The notes under the pieces: model-generated
Told to the model about the DNA's origin: nothing
Database searches by the model: none
The model's input: the letters and a program-made list of their open reading frames with translations, nothing else
Part shown: positions 38,031 through 49,846 of the stretch, in pieces
Position numbering within the stretch: position 1 is the stretch's first letter
Layout of the letters: each line of letters starts with the position of its first letter
Source: Octopus bimaculoides
Taxonomy: Eukaryota
Direction of reading: 5' to 3'
Assembly: GCF_001194135.2 (NCBI RefSeq)
Contig: NC_068981.1
Span: forward strand, 147,453,314 to 147,517,313
Length of the DNA stretch: 64,000 nucleotides
Program-made: the position numbers and the translations under genes

Positions 38031-38979
38031 CTTTTAGCAACTGACAGAAAAGTATTAAAGTTTGCTATCTTCTCAATGTTGTCTCTCTTTTATAAATACC
38101 ACGAAAGAGTTCCAACTAGTTGGTTAAGAAATAATGAAAATTTGAAAAAAGATTTCAGAGATAAATATTTATGAATGATTATTTGCTATCTTCTTTCGGA
38201 AGAGATAGCAAATACAGCACATTTTACAGCCACAAATAGGCAAAATGAATACTTATATATTTAAAAGTATTGCCAACATTTCATATATTACAGATTTATC
38301 TAAAGGTATTGTTAATATAAGTGTTACAATTTGTGTTTGACTTATTATCTTAAAGAGATAAGAATCCATACATGCTTTGACCATCACTAGAAGAATGGGC
38401 TAGACAATCATCTACAGATCAAGCTAACAAGGATAAACTTTAGAAAAACAATACAATTATTATCATCATCATTGTTTAATGTCTGCTTTCCATGCTGACA
38501 TGGGTTCGATAGTCTGACATGGAGCTGGCTAACAGGGATGCCCTTTCTAATGCCAACCACTTAACAGAGTGTGCTGGGTGTTTTTTACCTGCCACTGGCA
38601 GCCTCTTGAAAACCAACAGCATAATGCCCAGCCTCTTGAAAACCAACAGCATAATGACCAAACATGTTTCCATGGTAAATTGCAAATGAGCATTACCACA
38701 TGTATGGTGGTGGTTTTTGTTTACAACTACCATGCATTCTCACACATGCACACACACTAATGCATTCTCACACATGCACACACACACATCTATGATGGAC
38801 TTTTATCTACCAGATCAACTTCAAAAGCATTGATTGGTCCAGGGCTAGAGCAGAAGACACTTTTCCATGCAGCCATTCATTAGGGCTGAACCCAAACACA
38901 CTGTCATGCCAGCCCTATACCTATAAAGGTATAGATAAGCTTTGGATCTGTGATACAGAAAGGTAAAAGCAGTTGAGGC

Positions 38980-39432
38980 TTAGGCCTCTGCCAGAAGTGT
39001 AGCCAGCCCACTTATGCATATCTTTCCTTCATTGGACACGAAACTCGGCTTGCAAAGACCTGTTGGGGCAAGCAAAAGTGAAATTGTGATGGCACCATCG
39101 CCTTCCTGGCACTCGTGCTGGTGGCACATGTAAAGACATTCGAGGGAGATCATTGCCAGTGTCGCTTGACTGGCTCCTGTGCAGGTGGCACGTAAAATAC
39201 ACCATTTTGAGTGTGGGCGTTGCCAGTACCGCCTGACTAGCATTCATACCGGTGGCACGTAAAAGCACCCACTACACGCTCTGAGTGGTTGGTGTTAGGA
39301 AGGGCATTCAGCTGTAGAAACTCTGCCAGATCAGACTGGAGCCTGGTGTAGCCTTCTGGTTCACCAGTCCTCAGTCAAATCGTCCAACCCATGCTAGCAT
39401 GGAAAACGGACGTTAAACGACAACGACGACGA

Positions 39433-39435
<3 letters not shown>
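38980..39435 (+). mobile_element. Family R RTE-tailed element, longest copy
   Basis: Three GGTGGCACGTAAAA-like modules, a GGTTGGTGTTAGGAAGGGCATTCAGCTGTAGAAAC core, and a (GAC)n tail. Confidence 0.88.
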
Positions 39436-39485
<50 letters not shown>

Positions 39486-40141
39486 CATATATACATACAT
39501 ATATACATACATATATACATACATACATATATACATACCCATACAGACAGAAATAGATAAACAAAGCATCAAGATGACAATTCAAATTATCTTTATATGT
39601 AGTAGAAACAAATGCTGGAGTTATAACTCTACAGTGGCAGTTCAACAACAATTGATAACAGTGGGTTAGTTTAAATCTGAAAGACAAATCTATTGGTTTG
39701 AAATCATCCTTTAAGTAAGTTGCTCATGTGTTTATTGAATATCTCTCTATGTTTCAGTAAATACTGAAAATATTTCAGAGCAGAAACAAAAAAGAGACTG
39801 AGATTTAGGTTACTGAGTACGGAAGTTAAAATCATTTCATGATGTCAACTACTGAATGTAAAGAGATCATGCCATTGAAGTTTTACAAGGATTTGATGGT
39901 TTTTCGAATAAAAATGACAGATTATGTTAAACAATATATAGTTTCCTGCTGGTATGTTATTGCAAAGGATGAATACATATACACATATACATACATATTA
40001 TATATATATATATAAACACACACATTACATCACATGTGTACTCACACACACAATATGCACAAAATCCCAAGTATACATGCAGATACAACTTTCTGAAATG
40101 GAAGTGTACCTACAAAAATGCACACCCTTGCATAAGCTCAA

Positions 40142-40175
<34 letters not shown>

Positions 40176-40307
40176 AAGATAATAGCTTTTTAATTTCTGC
40201 TTTATGTATGCATGACTGAAATTCAAATAAACTTTCATGAAATCAATATTGAAAAATCAAAGTAATATGAAGGAAGGAGAGAGAGAGAGGGGAGAGAGAG
40301 AGAGGGG

Positions 40308-40643
40308 NNNNNNNNNNNNNNNNNNNNNNNNNNNNNNNNNNNNNNNNNNNNNNNNNNNNNNNNNNNNNNNNNNNNNNNNNNNNNNNNNNNNNNNNNNNNN
40401 NNNNNNNNNNNNNNNNNNNNNNNNNNNNNNNNNNNNNNNNNNNNNNNNNNNNNNNNNNNNNNNNNNNNNNNNNNNNNNNNNNNNNNNNNNNNNNNNNNNN
40501 NNNNNNNNNNNNNNNNNNNNNNNNNNNNNNNNNNNNNNNNNNNNNNNNNNNNNNNNNNNNNNNNNNNNNNNNNNNNNNNNNNNNNNNNNNNNNNNNNNNN
40601 NNNNNNNNNNNNNNNNNNNNNNNNNNNNNNNNNNNNNNNNNNN
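40308..40643. other. Assembly gap (others at 7561-7578, 25173-25182, 27445-27558, 32375-32408, 50049-50058, 56118-56127)
   Basis: N runs, mostly at microsatellites. Confidence 1.
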
Positions 40644-40739
40644 TTTGTTAAAAACAAGATAGATTCAAAATATAAAATATATGCAAAGTGAATGACTATG
40701 TACACACACACCTATTCTAAAGCAAAAAAAAGTGTGATG

Positions 40740-40810
<71 letters not shown>

Positions 40811-41564
40811 GATCAGTCATTTTGCCTGTTTTCCCACGATAGCATGGGTTAGACACACACACACATATATAACAGAGGCACTGTTTTACAGATGAATATT
40901 TTTTCCTCTCATTAACACCATAATTTTATCAAGCAAGGGATCTCTTATCTCACATGTTTTCAAAAGCGTAAAGTGAGCAGATGATTTGTTTACAGAAGTG
41001 ACAACAACAGCAGTACCATTTGTAGCAAGCAACTTCAATTAAGTACAAATATAAATGCACACATACAATGGGCTTCTTTCAGTTTCCATTTACCAAGTTT
41101 ACTAACAAGGCTTTGGTTGACTGTATTTGAAATGGAAGTCACTAGCCTAATGTATTGTGCAGTGGGGTTGAACCCAAAACCAAATACTTCAGATATAAAA
41201 CTTTTAACCACATAGCCATGTCTGCAGATTATTGTGTTCTCAATTTAATCAATGCTTTGTGTGTGGAATTTACTATATGAAAACTGTTCCAAAGCCTGCC
41301 ACACATGCATCTGTGAGTGTGTAAAATGGTGCAATTTATGTTAACGTCACTTTATATCTAACTTAGCAGTTCAACAAAGAGAAAAAGTACTGGGGTAAAT
41401 TTGGTTGACTAAATTCCTGAAGGTAATTCCCCAGCATGATCATACTCTGACCACTGAGATCCATAAAAGAATGATTTCAAATTTTATGAATAATAAACCA
41501 GTTTTTTGTGGATTATATAAAGCTTGTATACAAATACTTTATATATATTTGTATGTATATTTAA

Positions 41565-41900
41565 TGTCCACTTTTCTATGCTTACATGGGTCAGATAGAA
41601 TTTGTTGAGGCAGATTTTCTACAGTCAGATGCTCTTCCTGTCACTGAACCCTTTCCTGTTTCCAAGTAAGGTAATAGTTCTCCCTGGCCATATATGCTTT
41701 TCATGGAAGACTGGAAATGAACAACATTGCATGTATGATGGCTATGTTCATTTTATAACCATCACATGATGTCAAGTATACAGGTACACACACACAAACA
41801 CACACACACACACAACAGGTTTCTTCAGTTTCCAGCTACCAGATCCATTCATAAAGCTTTGGTTAGCCCAGGGCTATAGTACCAGATACATACCTAATGT
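41565..41900 (-). mobile_element. Composite SINE (A head plus RTE tail)
   Basis: CATGGGTCAGATAGAATTTGTTGAGGCAGATTTTC tail plus TTCTTCAGTTTCCAGCTACC head half. Confidence 0.75.
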
Positions 41901-42584
41901 GACACAGCCAAGACATGTATATATATATATGTATTTATGTGTGTGTGTACATGTGACAATAAACCAAGGTAGTTTAATTAAAAAAAGTTTAATACATTGT
42001 TATTAATCCAAAATTAGCATTCCTAAGTTTAAATTAAATGCATAAGTTTGATGTAACAGAGTGCAATTAAGTGCAAAAAATGTTTTTATTCAATCAGCTG
42101 ATTAATGATACATCATTAATGAAGATCAAACAGCTATAATTAGTAGTGTATAGTAGTGCAAAGAGCCAAGTTCTTGTTACTTGGCAATATGCCCCTTCTT
42201 GTAAAGCTACTCAATTAACTAGGTAATTCAATTATTAAATGATAAAAAAGCTTGACAAAACGTTTTCTTTCATTCTATTTTAGTATAAACTTTTGTCATA
42301 ATTAAAAGCTTTATGTTAATTTATAGAAGATCCTTGAGATTTTTATACTCATTTTTGCTAAGGCTTTTTACAACTGTTGAGATGGAAATTAAACAGAATA
42401 TTAAAGAAAAAGGTATTTAGCAAGCAGTGTGAAATAGACATTTAGTCAAATATAAGACAAACCAGTAAGGGAAACTCTATGTTGTTGTTCAACAAGTGGC
42501 AACCAAGCTGCTCTTAATTCGCATCCAACCATCTTTAAAATGGGCTCACTAGTTTATGCAGTCTGTCACAAGGCCAAAAGGACT

Positions 42585-42690
42585 CAAAGCTGGAGCACAA
42601 CCTGGTTTCCATGGCATATCAGTGAGTGAGATTAGAACACTCCCACTAAATAGGATGCCAGTCTGATGCAGGGTTAACTTCCCGAAACAA
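42585..42690 (-). mobile_element. Ancient SINE central-domain remnant (Nin/Deu-like)
   Basis: CCTGGTTTCCATGGCA...GGATGCCAGTCTGATGCAGGGTT resembles, from memory, the reverse of the Nin/Deu SINE core. Confidence 0.4.
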
Positions 42691-44349
42691 TTGTAACCAT
42701 TACATAAGTGATATCTTCATTTATAATCTTCTCTAGAAACATATCTGGTCATAAGGAAATATTACTTTATTTGGAAACAGGTAAGGGTTGGTGACAGGAA
42801 AAGCATTCAACCATAGAAAAATCTGTCTTTATAAATTATGTCAAATCTATGCAAGCATGGAAATGTGAACACTAAAAAAACAATACATACACATATATTT
42901 AAAACAGGCAGTGTTCTAGCAAAACCTAAACTAATAACATATTTTTTATGATATTTTACCTCACAACTTTTTTGATACAAATTTTTGTTGCATGGGACCA
43001 AAACTATAAAATTCTTCTATCATCAAAGCTAAGATAAATATATTTTGCTTTTAAAATAAAAAAAAAAGGTTATTTAGATGTAAACTGGTTTGGTAGTGGT
43101 ACTTAATCTCCTATAATGTTGCTACAAATTTTGATGCAAACTTTTTCCAACTGGATCAAATCTCAATTTTTTAATGCCAAAACGTAGCTAGGGGGACCAG
43201 CCCTCATCAAAACGGTTAACAGTTTTCAATTTAGTTAAGAACTGAATTAGCGACAAGCTCTAAAAGATGCCATGTATGAGTAAATTGTGGCCTTAAGAAT
43301 ATTATTCAACTACTATTGTAGCTGAATGATGTATGTGTGTTTTCAATGAAAAAGAAAGTCAATTGAAAAATATTACTCTATAATGAAGATAACTGAAAGA
43401 CAATTCTATAATATTTCAAGTCATTTCATGATTTCAAGAAATCTATCATTACAAACGAAAAGTCAAATCTTTGGATAATGCCAAACTATATATTAACACC
43501 ATGACAGTAACTCTTAAATTCTGGAGAAAAAGAAATGTAAAACATATGCACACACACACACCCACTTGGTTCCTTACCCCCAGTAGTTTCACTTTTTCTG
43601 CAATAGCTATTATTAATCATGGTTGGCCAAGTCTTAAAAACCAAATGATGAAACAAAGTGAATAAGCAGCAGCTGCCACCACCATGTGATACAATTCCAA
43701 CAACATATGAGGTAGTGTAGAATGAAATGTAAGGACAAGCACTTCACTGAACCTAGCCATGATTTTTTTAAACCTCATTATGTGGCTGCTTTGAAGTTTT
43801 GAGACTACACCCTGAGAACTTCTACCATTGGCATGATAACAACAATGAAGAAAAATCTTTTCCCAAATTTTCTTAAGCTGAACTTTTAAGTAAACAATCT
43901 AAGAAAACAATGTAATTTTAGGTAAACAGATTTGTTCATTTTAATCATAAACTGTAGCCAAGCAAAACTTGTAAATCAGTGTGTTATGAATTAGAACAAA
44001 TTGGAAACATTTATTTATAGGGCTTATTCTCTCATAAGCATAAAAAAAAGACAATCATACATTTTTTTAAATACTTTTGAAAAACATATGTCAAACTTGT
44101 GCTATTCTCTTTTACTCTGTGATCTCTCAAGTAGTAGTTAAATGTTTCTGTTGAAGTGTTTTGAAATCATGTGAGAGCCCAATTCTGGTCTTCAACTTCA
44201 GGAAACACATGGTAAGTGTTCATGGAATTAATTTTATATGTACAGATACTGTGACATAAGTTATGTTTATTGCTACTGTTACACAATTAAAAATAATTAT
44301 GTTAACAGATGTTACATAACTGATTTCAAAAGACATACACATATACACA

Positions 44350-46480
44350 TGGAAAACCTGAGGGGATGGTGGTTGTAGGAAACATTACTAAATAGCTGAA
44401 AGGGCAGCAAGGCAACAGGTATACTTAGCAGCTAAGCCACTGAGGCAGAAAGGAAGAGATTTGCATGTCTCACAATGTGGGGGATCAGAGGCATGAGATG
44501 TTCGGGATTTTGAAAATGTGTGAGAAAGACAAGATGCTGTTGGAGAGAAGTGATAAACTGATAAAGGCATATTCACCATCAATGAAGAAGACAAAGTTGT
44601 GTGGAATGCTATTATGAGAGATTACTGAATCTGAAGAATGCATGGGATATAGAGGGGTTACTTGATGCTAGCCCTAGAGATGGATCAGCAATTAAAGATG
44701 TGGCAGCTAATGTGGTAGATAAAAATGACCAAGAACATGAAGAGAGGGCATGTTGCAGGTCCATCAGGGATAGTTGAAGACATGCAGTGAAGTAAACAAA
44801 ATATCCATGATTACCATTCTGATAGTCAATCCTGTCATACAAGGTGTCATACCCAATGACTGACATAGCAGAATCATTGTAAACAATTACAAAGGCAAAT
44901 GAAATGCCTTATAGGGAAGCAACTATATAGGAATCAAACTACTGGATCGAGTAATGAAGGGTCGTAGCACAATTGATAAATAATAGAGTAGACCTAGATG
45001 AAATGCAATTTGGGTTCACATCTGGAAGCAGTACCACAGATGCAACGTTGCTAGCGAGGCAGCTTCAGAAGAAATATTTTGGCTAAGAATAAACTGCTTT
45101 GCCTGGCTTTTGATGATTTGAAGGTGTTTGATAAGACACCATGTTCAGTAATTTGGTGGTCACTTAAGGAAACTAGAGTAGACAAATGGTTTGTGAAGAC
45201 TGTACAAGCTACCAGGATGCAGCAAGTAAAGTAGGGGTCAACAAGGGTTTCAGTTATGAATTTAGCATGAGGGCAGGAGTCTATCAAGGTTAAGTCCTCT
45301 CCTATTTATCACAGTCCTACAGACAATCACAGAAGAGTTTAAGACTAGTTGCCCTTGGGAACTCATATGCTGATGATCTAGTTCTCATAGCTGGAGCTAT
45401 AGGGGAATTAAAGAGAAATCTCCAGTCTTGGAAGCTAAATCTAGAATTGAGAGGTTTTAAGGTAAACTCAACAAAAGTGGAGGTTTTAGTAAGTACATAA
45501 GAAAGGAGACAAGACTTTGGTATCTTCAGGGGAATGACCTTACTTGATAGGCAAAAAAGTAGGTATAAACTCCATCTGCTGTATCCAATGTAACCTGTGG
45601 ACACTCAAACGATGTAGTGGAATCAGAGGTAGACTAACAGAGAACATAAGCTTCATATGTGACAGATGCACTGGAGCAGTAGTACTTGCTATAAGCAGAC
45701 CAGAAATAGATTCCCTTAAATGCCTGGGTGGCTCACCAAAATTAACTGATAGCTTTTGTTCACTAGGAGACACAATCTTTTCTACTCTAGGCACATGGCC
45801 CGATAAGATTGACCCCAGTACACAACTGATACTTAATTTATCGACCCTGAAAGGATGAAAGGCAAAGTCAACCTTAGCAGAATTTGAACTCAGAATGTAA
45901 AGACAGACAAAATACTGCTAAGCATTTCATCCAGCGTACTAACATTTCTGCCAGCTCATCACCTTACTGGGAGACATAATCAGCAAGGGAAATGATTGCT
46001 CTGAAAGTAGAGCAGCCAGAATAGGAATGGGTCAGATAAAGTTCAGGGAGCTATTATTGCTGTTAGCAACAAAAATCTTTCCCTGCAGAGTGAATGGTTG
46101 TGTCAGAACTGCAATGAGAGACAAAACTTGAAAGCAGAGGACTTAAGAAGACTGAAAAGAAATGAAGTGAACATATTCTGTTGGATGTGCAATATAAGTG
46201 TGTATGAATGACAATAAAAATATGATGAGGAAAACTGGGCACATATAACGCACAAGAAAAAAGGCTGTGCTGGTATGGAGATGTGATGCATATGGATGAG
46301 GACTGCTGTATAAAAACATATCAATCACAATGTAGGTGGAGCTTGCAGAAGAGGGATACCCAAGAAGACATTGGATGAAGTGGTGAAGGATGATCTTAAG
46401 ACAAGGAACCCCATAGTGTTGACAAAGGACTGGGATGACTAATGATATGCAATTCTTGAGCAGATGTGCCCATTTCAACT
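44350..46480 (+). pseudogene. RTE-clade LINE ORF2 remnant (5'-truncated), interrupted by a SINE
   Basis: Contains IIVNNYKGK*NAL*GSNYIGIKLLD, EMQFGFTSGSSTTDA, a degraded AF.DL.K.FD, LSPLLFITVLQ, PWEL-YADDLV, SFCSLGD and an RTE C-terminus. Confidence 0.92.
45778..45967 (-). mobile_element. SINE family B inserted in the RTE, about 14-bp TSD
   Basis: TAGGAGACACAATC (45764-45777) vs TGGGAGACATAATC (45968-45981); body TTTATCGACCCTGAAAGGATGAAAGGCAAAGTC. Confidence 0.88.
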
Positions 46481-47271
46481 GAACTGAGTTCTAGAAGTGC
46501 TGTGTGTTTATATGACTGCAAAACTGGGCCCTATGCCCAATTTCATCCTCAAGACATCTCCATCACCTCCCTAACTCTAGATCTTCCTCCAAACCACTTA
46601 TTTTCTTTACTACCCAGGACCATTTTACTTGTTACCCACTGGAACACCAGAGATAGATCTTTGTTAATCTCTGCCAAATCTCCGATAATTCCTGCATCCA
46701 GTGTCCTGACCATGTTTTGTTGAACTCAGATGTTATGAGATGAGAGTGCAGATGATACTGTGCAAGTTCTTTGAACTTAAAATTAAGTTGTGTACTAGTC
46801 ATGTCTTTGTGCTCAACTGGTGTGAACTTCTTGATCCTGGAAGCAGATGGTGGACCTTTCATTGTGGGGGTTGAGGGTCTTATGCACATAAACAACAATG
46901 GTGTACTGCTGCTTGTGTAGTTTCTTCACGGCAAAGCTACACAGGAAATGTAATATACGTGAGAGTAGTTGCAAGTCTCTGGTGCCACATGTGGCTGTCT
47001 TCTATTACAGAAACATTTCGCAAAAGTCATGGTCTTCATTCATCACCAACGAACAAAATTGATAGTTAACTACTTTTTGAAGTACTGAGATATTATTATG
47101 TACAGATTTGCTCATAAGAACAATCATCCAATCATATATATTATACATACACACATTTATGATACATACACATATATATATTATACATATACATATTGTT
47201 TACATATGAATATATTACACATACGCGGCGCGCGTGCGCTCTCCTGCTTTCAGATTCAGCAAGTAAAAATA

Positions 47272-47515
47272 TGTGACATGGTCGTGTGGTCAAGAAGTTC
47301 ATTTCACAACTTGTGGTTTCATGTTCAATCCTACTGCATGGCACCTTGGGCAGGTACCTTTGGCATTCTTTCGTTACCTGTGTGCATGCAAGTACTTTTA
47401 TGTTTGTCACACCGTCGCTTGACAACCGGTGTTTGTTTTCATTAATATCAATAGGGTAAGTACCAAATTTTAATTAAGCAGCATAGCCACAGTCCAATGA
47501 CTGAAACAAGTAAAA
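47272..47515 (+). mobile_element. SINE family A copy, internally deleted
   Basis: TGGTCGTGTGG head and CAATGACTGAAACAAGTAAAA end. Confidence 0.8.
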
Positions 47516-49329
47516 ATGAATGTGTGTATGTGTGTGTGTGTGTGTGTGTGTGTCTGCGCACGCACGACTTTACATTCGTCTTTCCTCCTCTTCTCTCACT
47601 TGCTTGACAATGACGCTAACTTTAGTTATCAAAATAACTTCAGTTCATAAAGTTCTATTGAAATGCACAGAAAAACCAGCAACTGCCAAAGGGAAGTAAC
47701 TTGCACCTACAACTTCAATAGACCACTTGACAACTAAGTCGTCATTCACTGTTAAGAGCTGTCTTTTACAACATCGAGCTATATTGGAATCTATAATTAG
47801 AAAAAAAAAAAAGAAAAACCCCAACAAAAATCAAACAAACGAAAATAACCCCATGAAACTTAGGTATTTTTACAATAGAAAGACAATAATATCTCATTTA
47901 CTAACATCATTCATTCGCCCCCCCCCCGCAACTAACTTGGGAATTTAAAGAAAAAAGAAAAAAAAGCAATAAAATAACAAAAAGCAGTTAGTGACAGTCA
48001 GTGCAGTTTCAAAAAATAGTGTACAATTTTGAGACAAACGTTTTTCTATTAATAAACTGTTCTACCATAGACAAGTTTATTATCAGATTTTGTTGGATTT
48101 AAGGAGAATACAGAAGTAGTTATTGATAAAACTTCATTTGAAAGTGACAATAGCATTCTTCTTATTTTCTGTCAGTATTGAATTCTGAGTTAAAAAATAA
48201 AACCTACATACTACAGGGAAAAACAATTACACACACAAACTTATAACAGGAATCTGATGAGGCATATATATTTAGATTTTAGATATACCCCACCCTCCAC
48301 CCCCACCTTATCTCTACCACACCATTTAAGATTTTTATCACACAACTGATTAGTAATAAAATTATTCTCAATACTTTACATTGAAATCACAACATTTTTA
48401 CGATGCTGTCAAGTTTGTCGATAAGGGATGTTTAACAATAAACAAGGCATTAAGAACATAAACTTGCTAACAAACTCAGTGAAATAATCCTTGAATTTGC
48501 TAACACATCCTTTGAAATACTCTATAAATTTGCTTACAAACCCTGTGAAATACTCCATAAATCTGCTAAAACACTCCATGAAATACTAAACTGTGCAAAA
48601 CTCCATAAATTTAAAGAGAGAGAGAGAGAGAGAGAGAGAAAGAAAGAAAGAGAGAATGTGTGTGTATGTAAACAAAATCATGCTATACCAACATTCTGCT
48701 TTGTTCGTAAAATTGTTACCAAAAGTGAAGTGAAGAGAATATGCTGTTAAAATGTGGGTTAACTACATTAAGTCTTTACAGATTAGGGCTACAATAACTG
48801 AATAAAACTGTCAGTGCATCAGTATTTACATGGTTGGTTGATCTATCTGCTATGAACAATAGCCAAATCACCCTAAAATTACACCCTACCATCTTAAAAA
48901 ATCTGGATAATGTAGTCCTAGACATACTGTCTGGACACAGAAAATGAGATGGGATGGTCAGTGTTGAAATATTTTTGCTCATGAGGTCTGTGGAATCACT
49001 GCTGACCTGAGGGTGAACAATTATTGCATCAATCTCAATTTGACTCTTTCTTTCTTAATTCTTTTTAAACAGAATTTCAAGGCAATTATAATGTTTTAAA
49101 ACTGGTTCTGAATAATTTAGTGATTGTCATCGGTTATTAAACATCTACAATATTCTTATTCTGCTTGTTAATATGACAAACACATGCTGTCATGACAATG
49201 GAAATAAAACAAAGAAATAATCTATCATATATTATTATGTTTTATGTAAAACAACTACCTGATATACAATGGAATGAATTGAAGGACATTATTAAAAGCA
49301 CCATAACATTTATATTATTCATAAAACAA

Positions 49330-49543
49330 GTAAGGCAGTGAGCTGGTAGAATCGTTAGCATGCCAGGCGAAATGCTTAGTGGTATTTTGTCTGTCTTTAC
49401 GTCCTGAGTTCATATGCTGCCAGGGTCAACTTTGCCTTTCATCCTTTTGATGTTGATAAATTAAGTACCAGTTGTGTACTGGGTGGATCTAATCAACTGC
49501 CACCCTCCCACCAAATTTCAGGCCTATAGTAGAAAGGATTATT
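49330..49543 (+). mobile_element. SINE family B (tRNA head, Meta/MESC-like core) with 20-bp direct repeat
   Basis: ATTATTCATAAAACAAGTAA at 49314-49333 and 49538-49557, partly overlapping the element ends; core GTCAACTTTGCCTTTCATCCTTTTGATGTTGATAAATTAAGTACC. Confidence 0.9.
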
Positions 49544-49572
49544 CATAAAACAAGTAACTGATAAATATTTGA

Positions 49573-49617
<45 letters not shown>

Positions 49618-49620
<3 letters not shown>

Positions 49621-49811
49621 CCATGTGTGTATCGTTGGTGATTTTCTTTCTTCATCTTCCCTTCTTTGGACTTTTTCAGTATTTTTGATGAAGAGCTCCA
49701 CTTGAAACGTGAAATCCTCTTTTTTTTTTCTTTCCTTTCCTGAGTGTCCAATAACACTGTACTCATTCCACATCCTCGCGTTGCTTTTTCTTGCTTGTTC
49801 ATGTTTGGGTT

Positions 49812-49815
<4 letters not shown>
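49618..49815 (+). mobile_element. Penelope-like terminal-repeat remnant with degenerate hammerhead core
   Basis: TTGATGA-agagctccactt-GAAAC-GTG at 49685-49711, between two (TA)n tracts. Confidence 0.55.

Positions 49816-49846
<31 letters not shown>

Noticed and set aside
38599-38790. 30-bp and 29-bp tandem duplications (also 23 bp at about 60540)
   Set aside because: Ordinary slippage duplications in or beside SINE remnants.
46480-46900. Possible inverted LINE endonuclease fragment (minus)
   Set aside because: Only faint motif resemblance (KIYLW, LRMKL); not enough to call.
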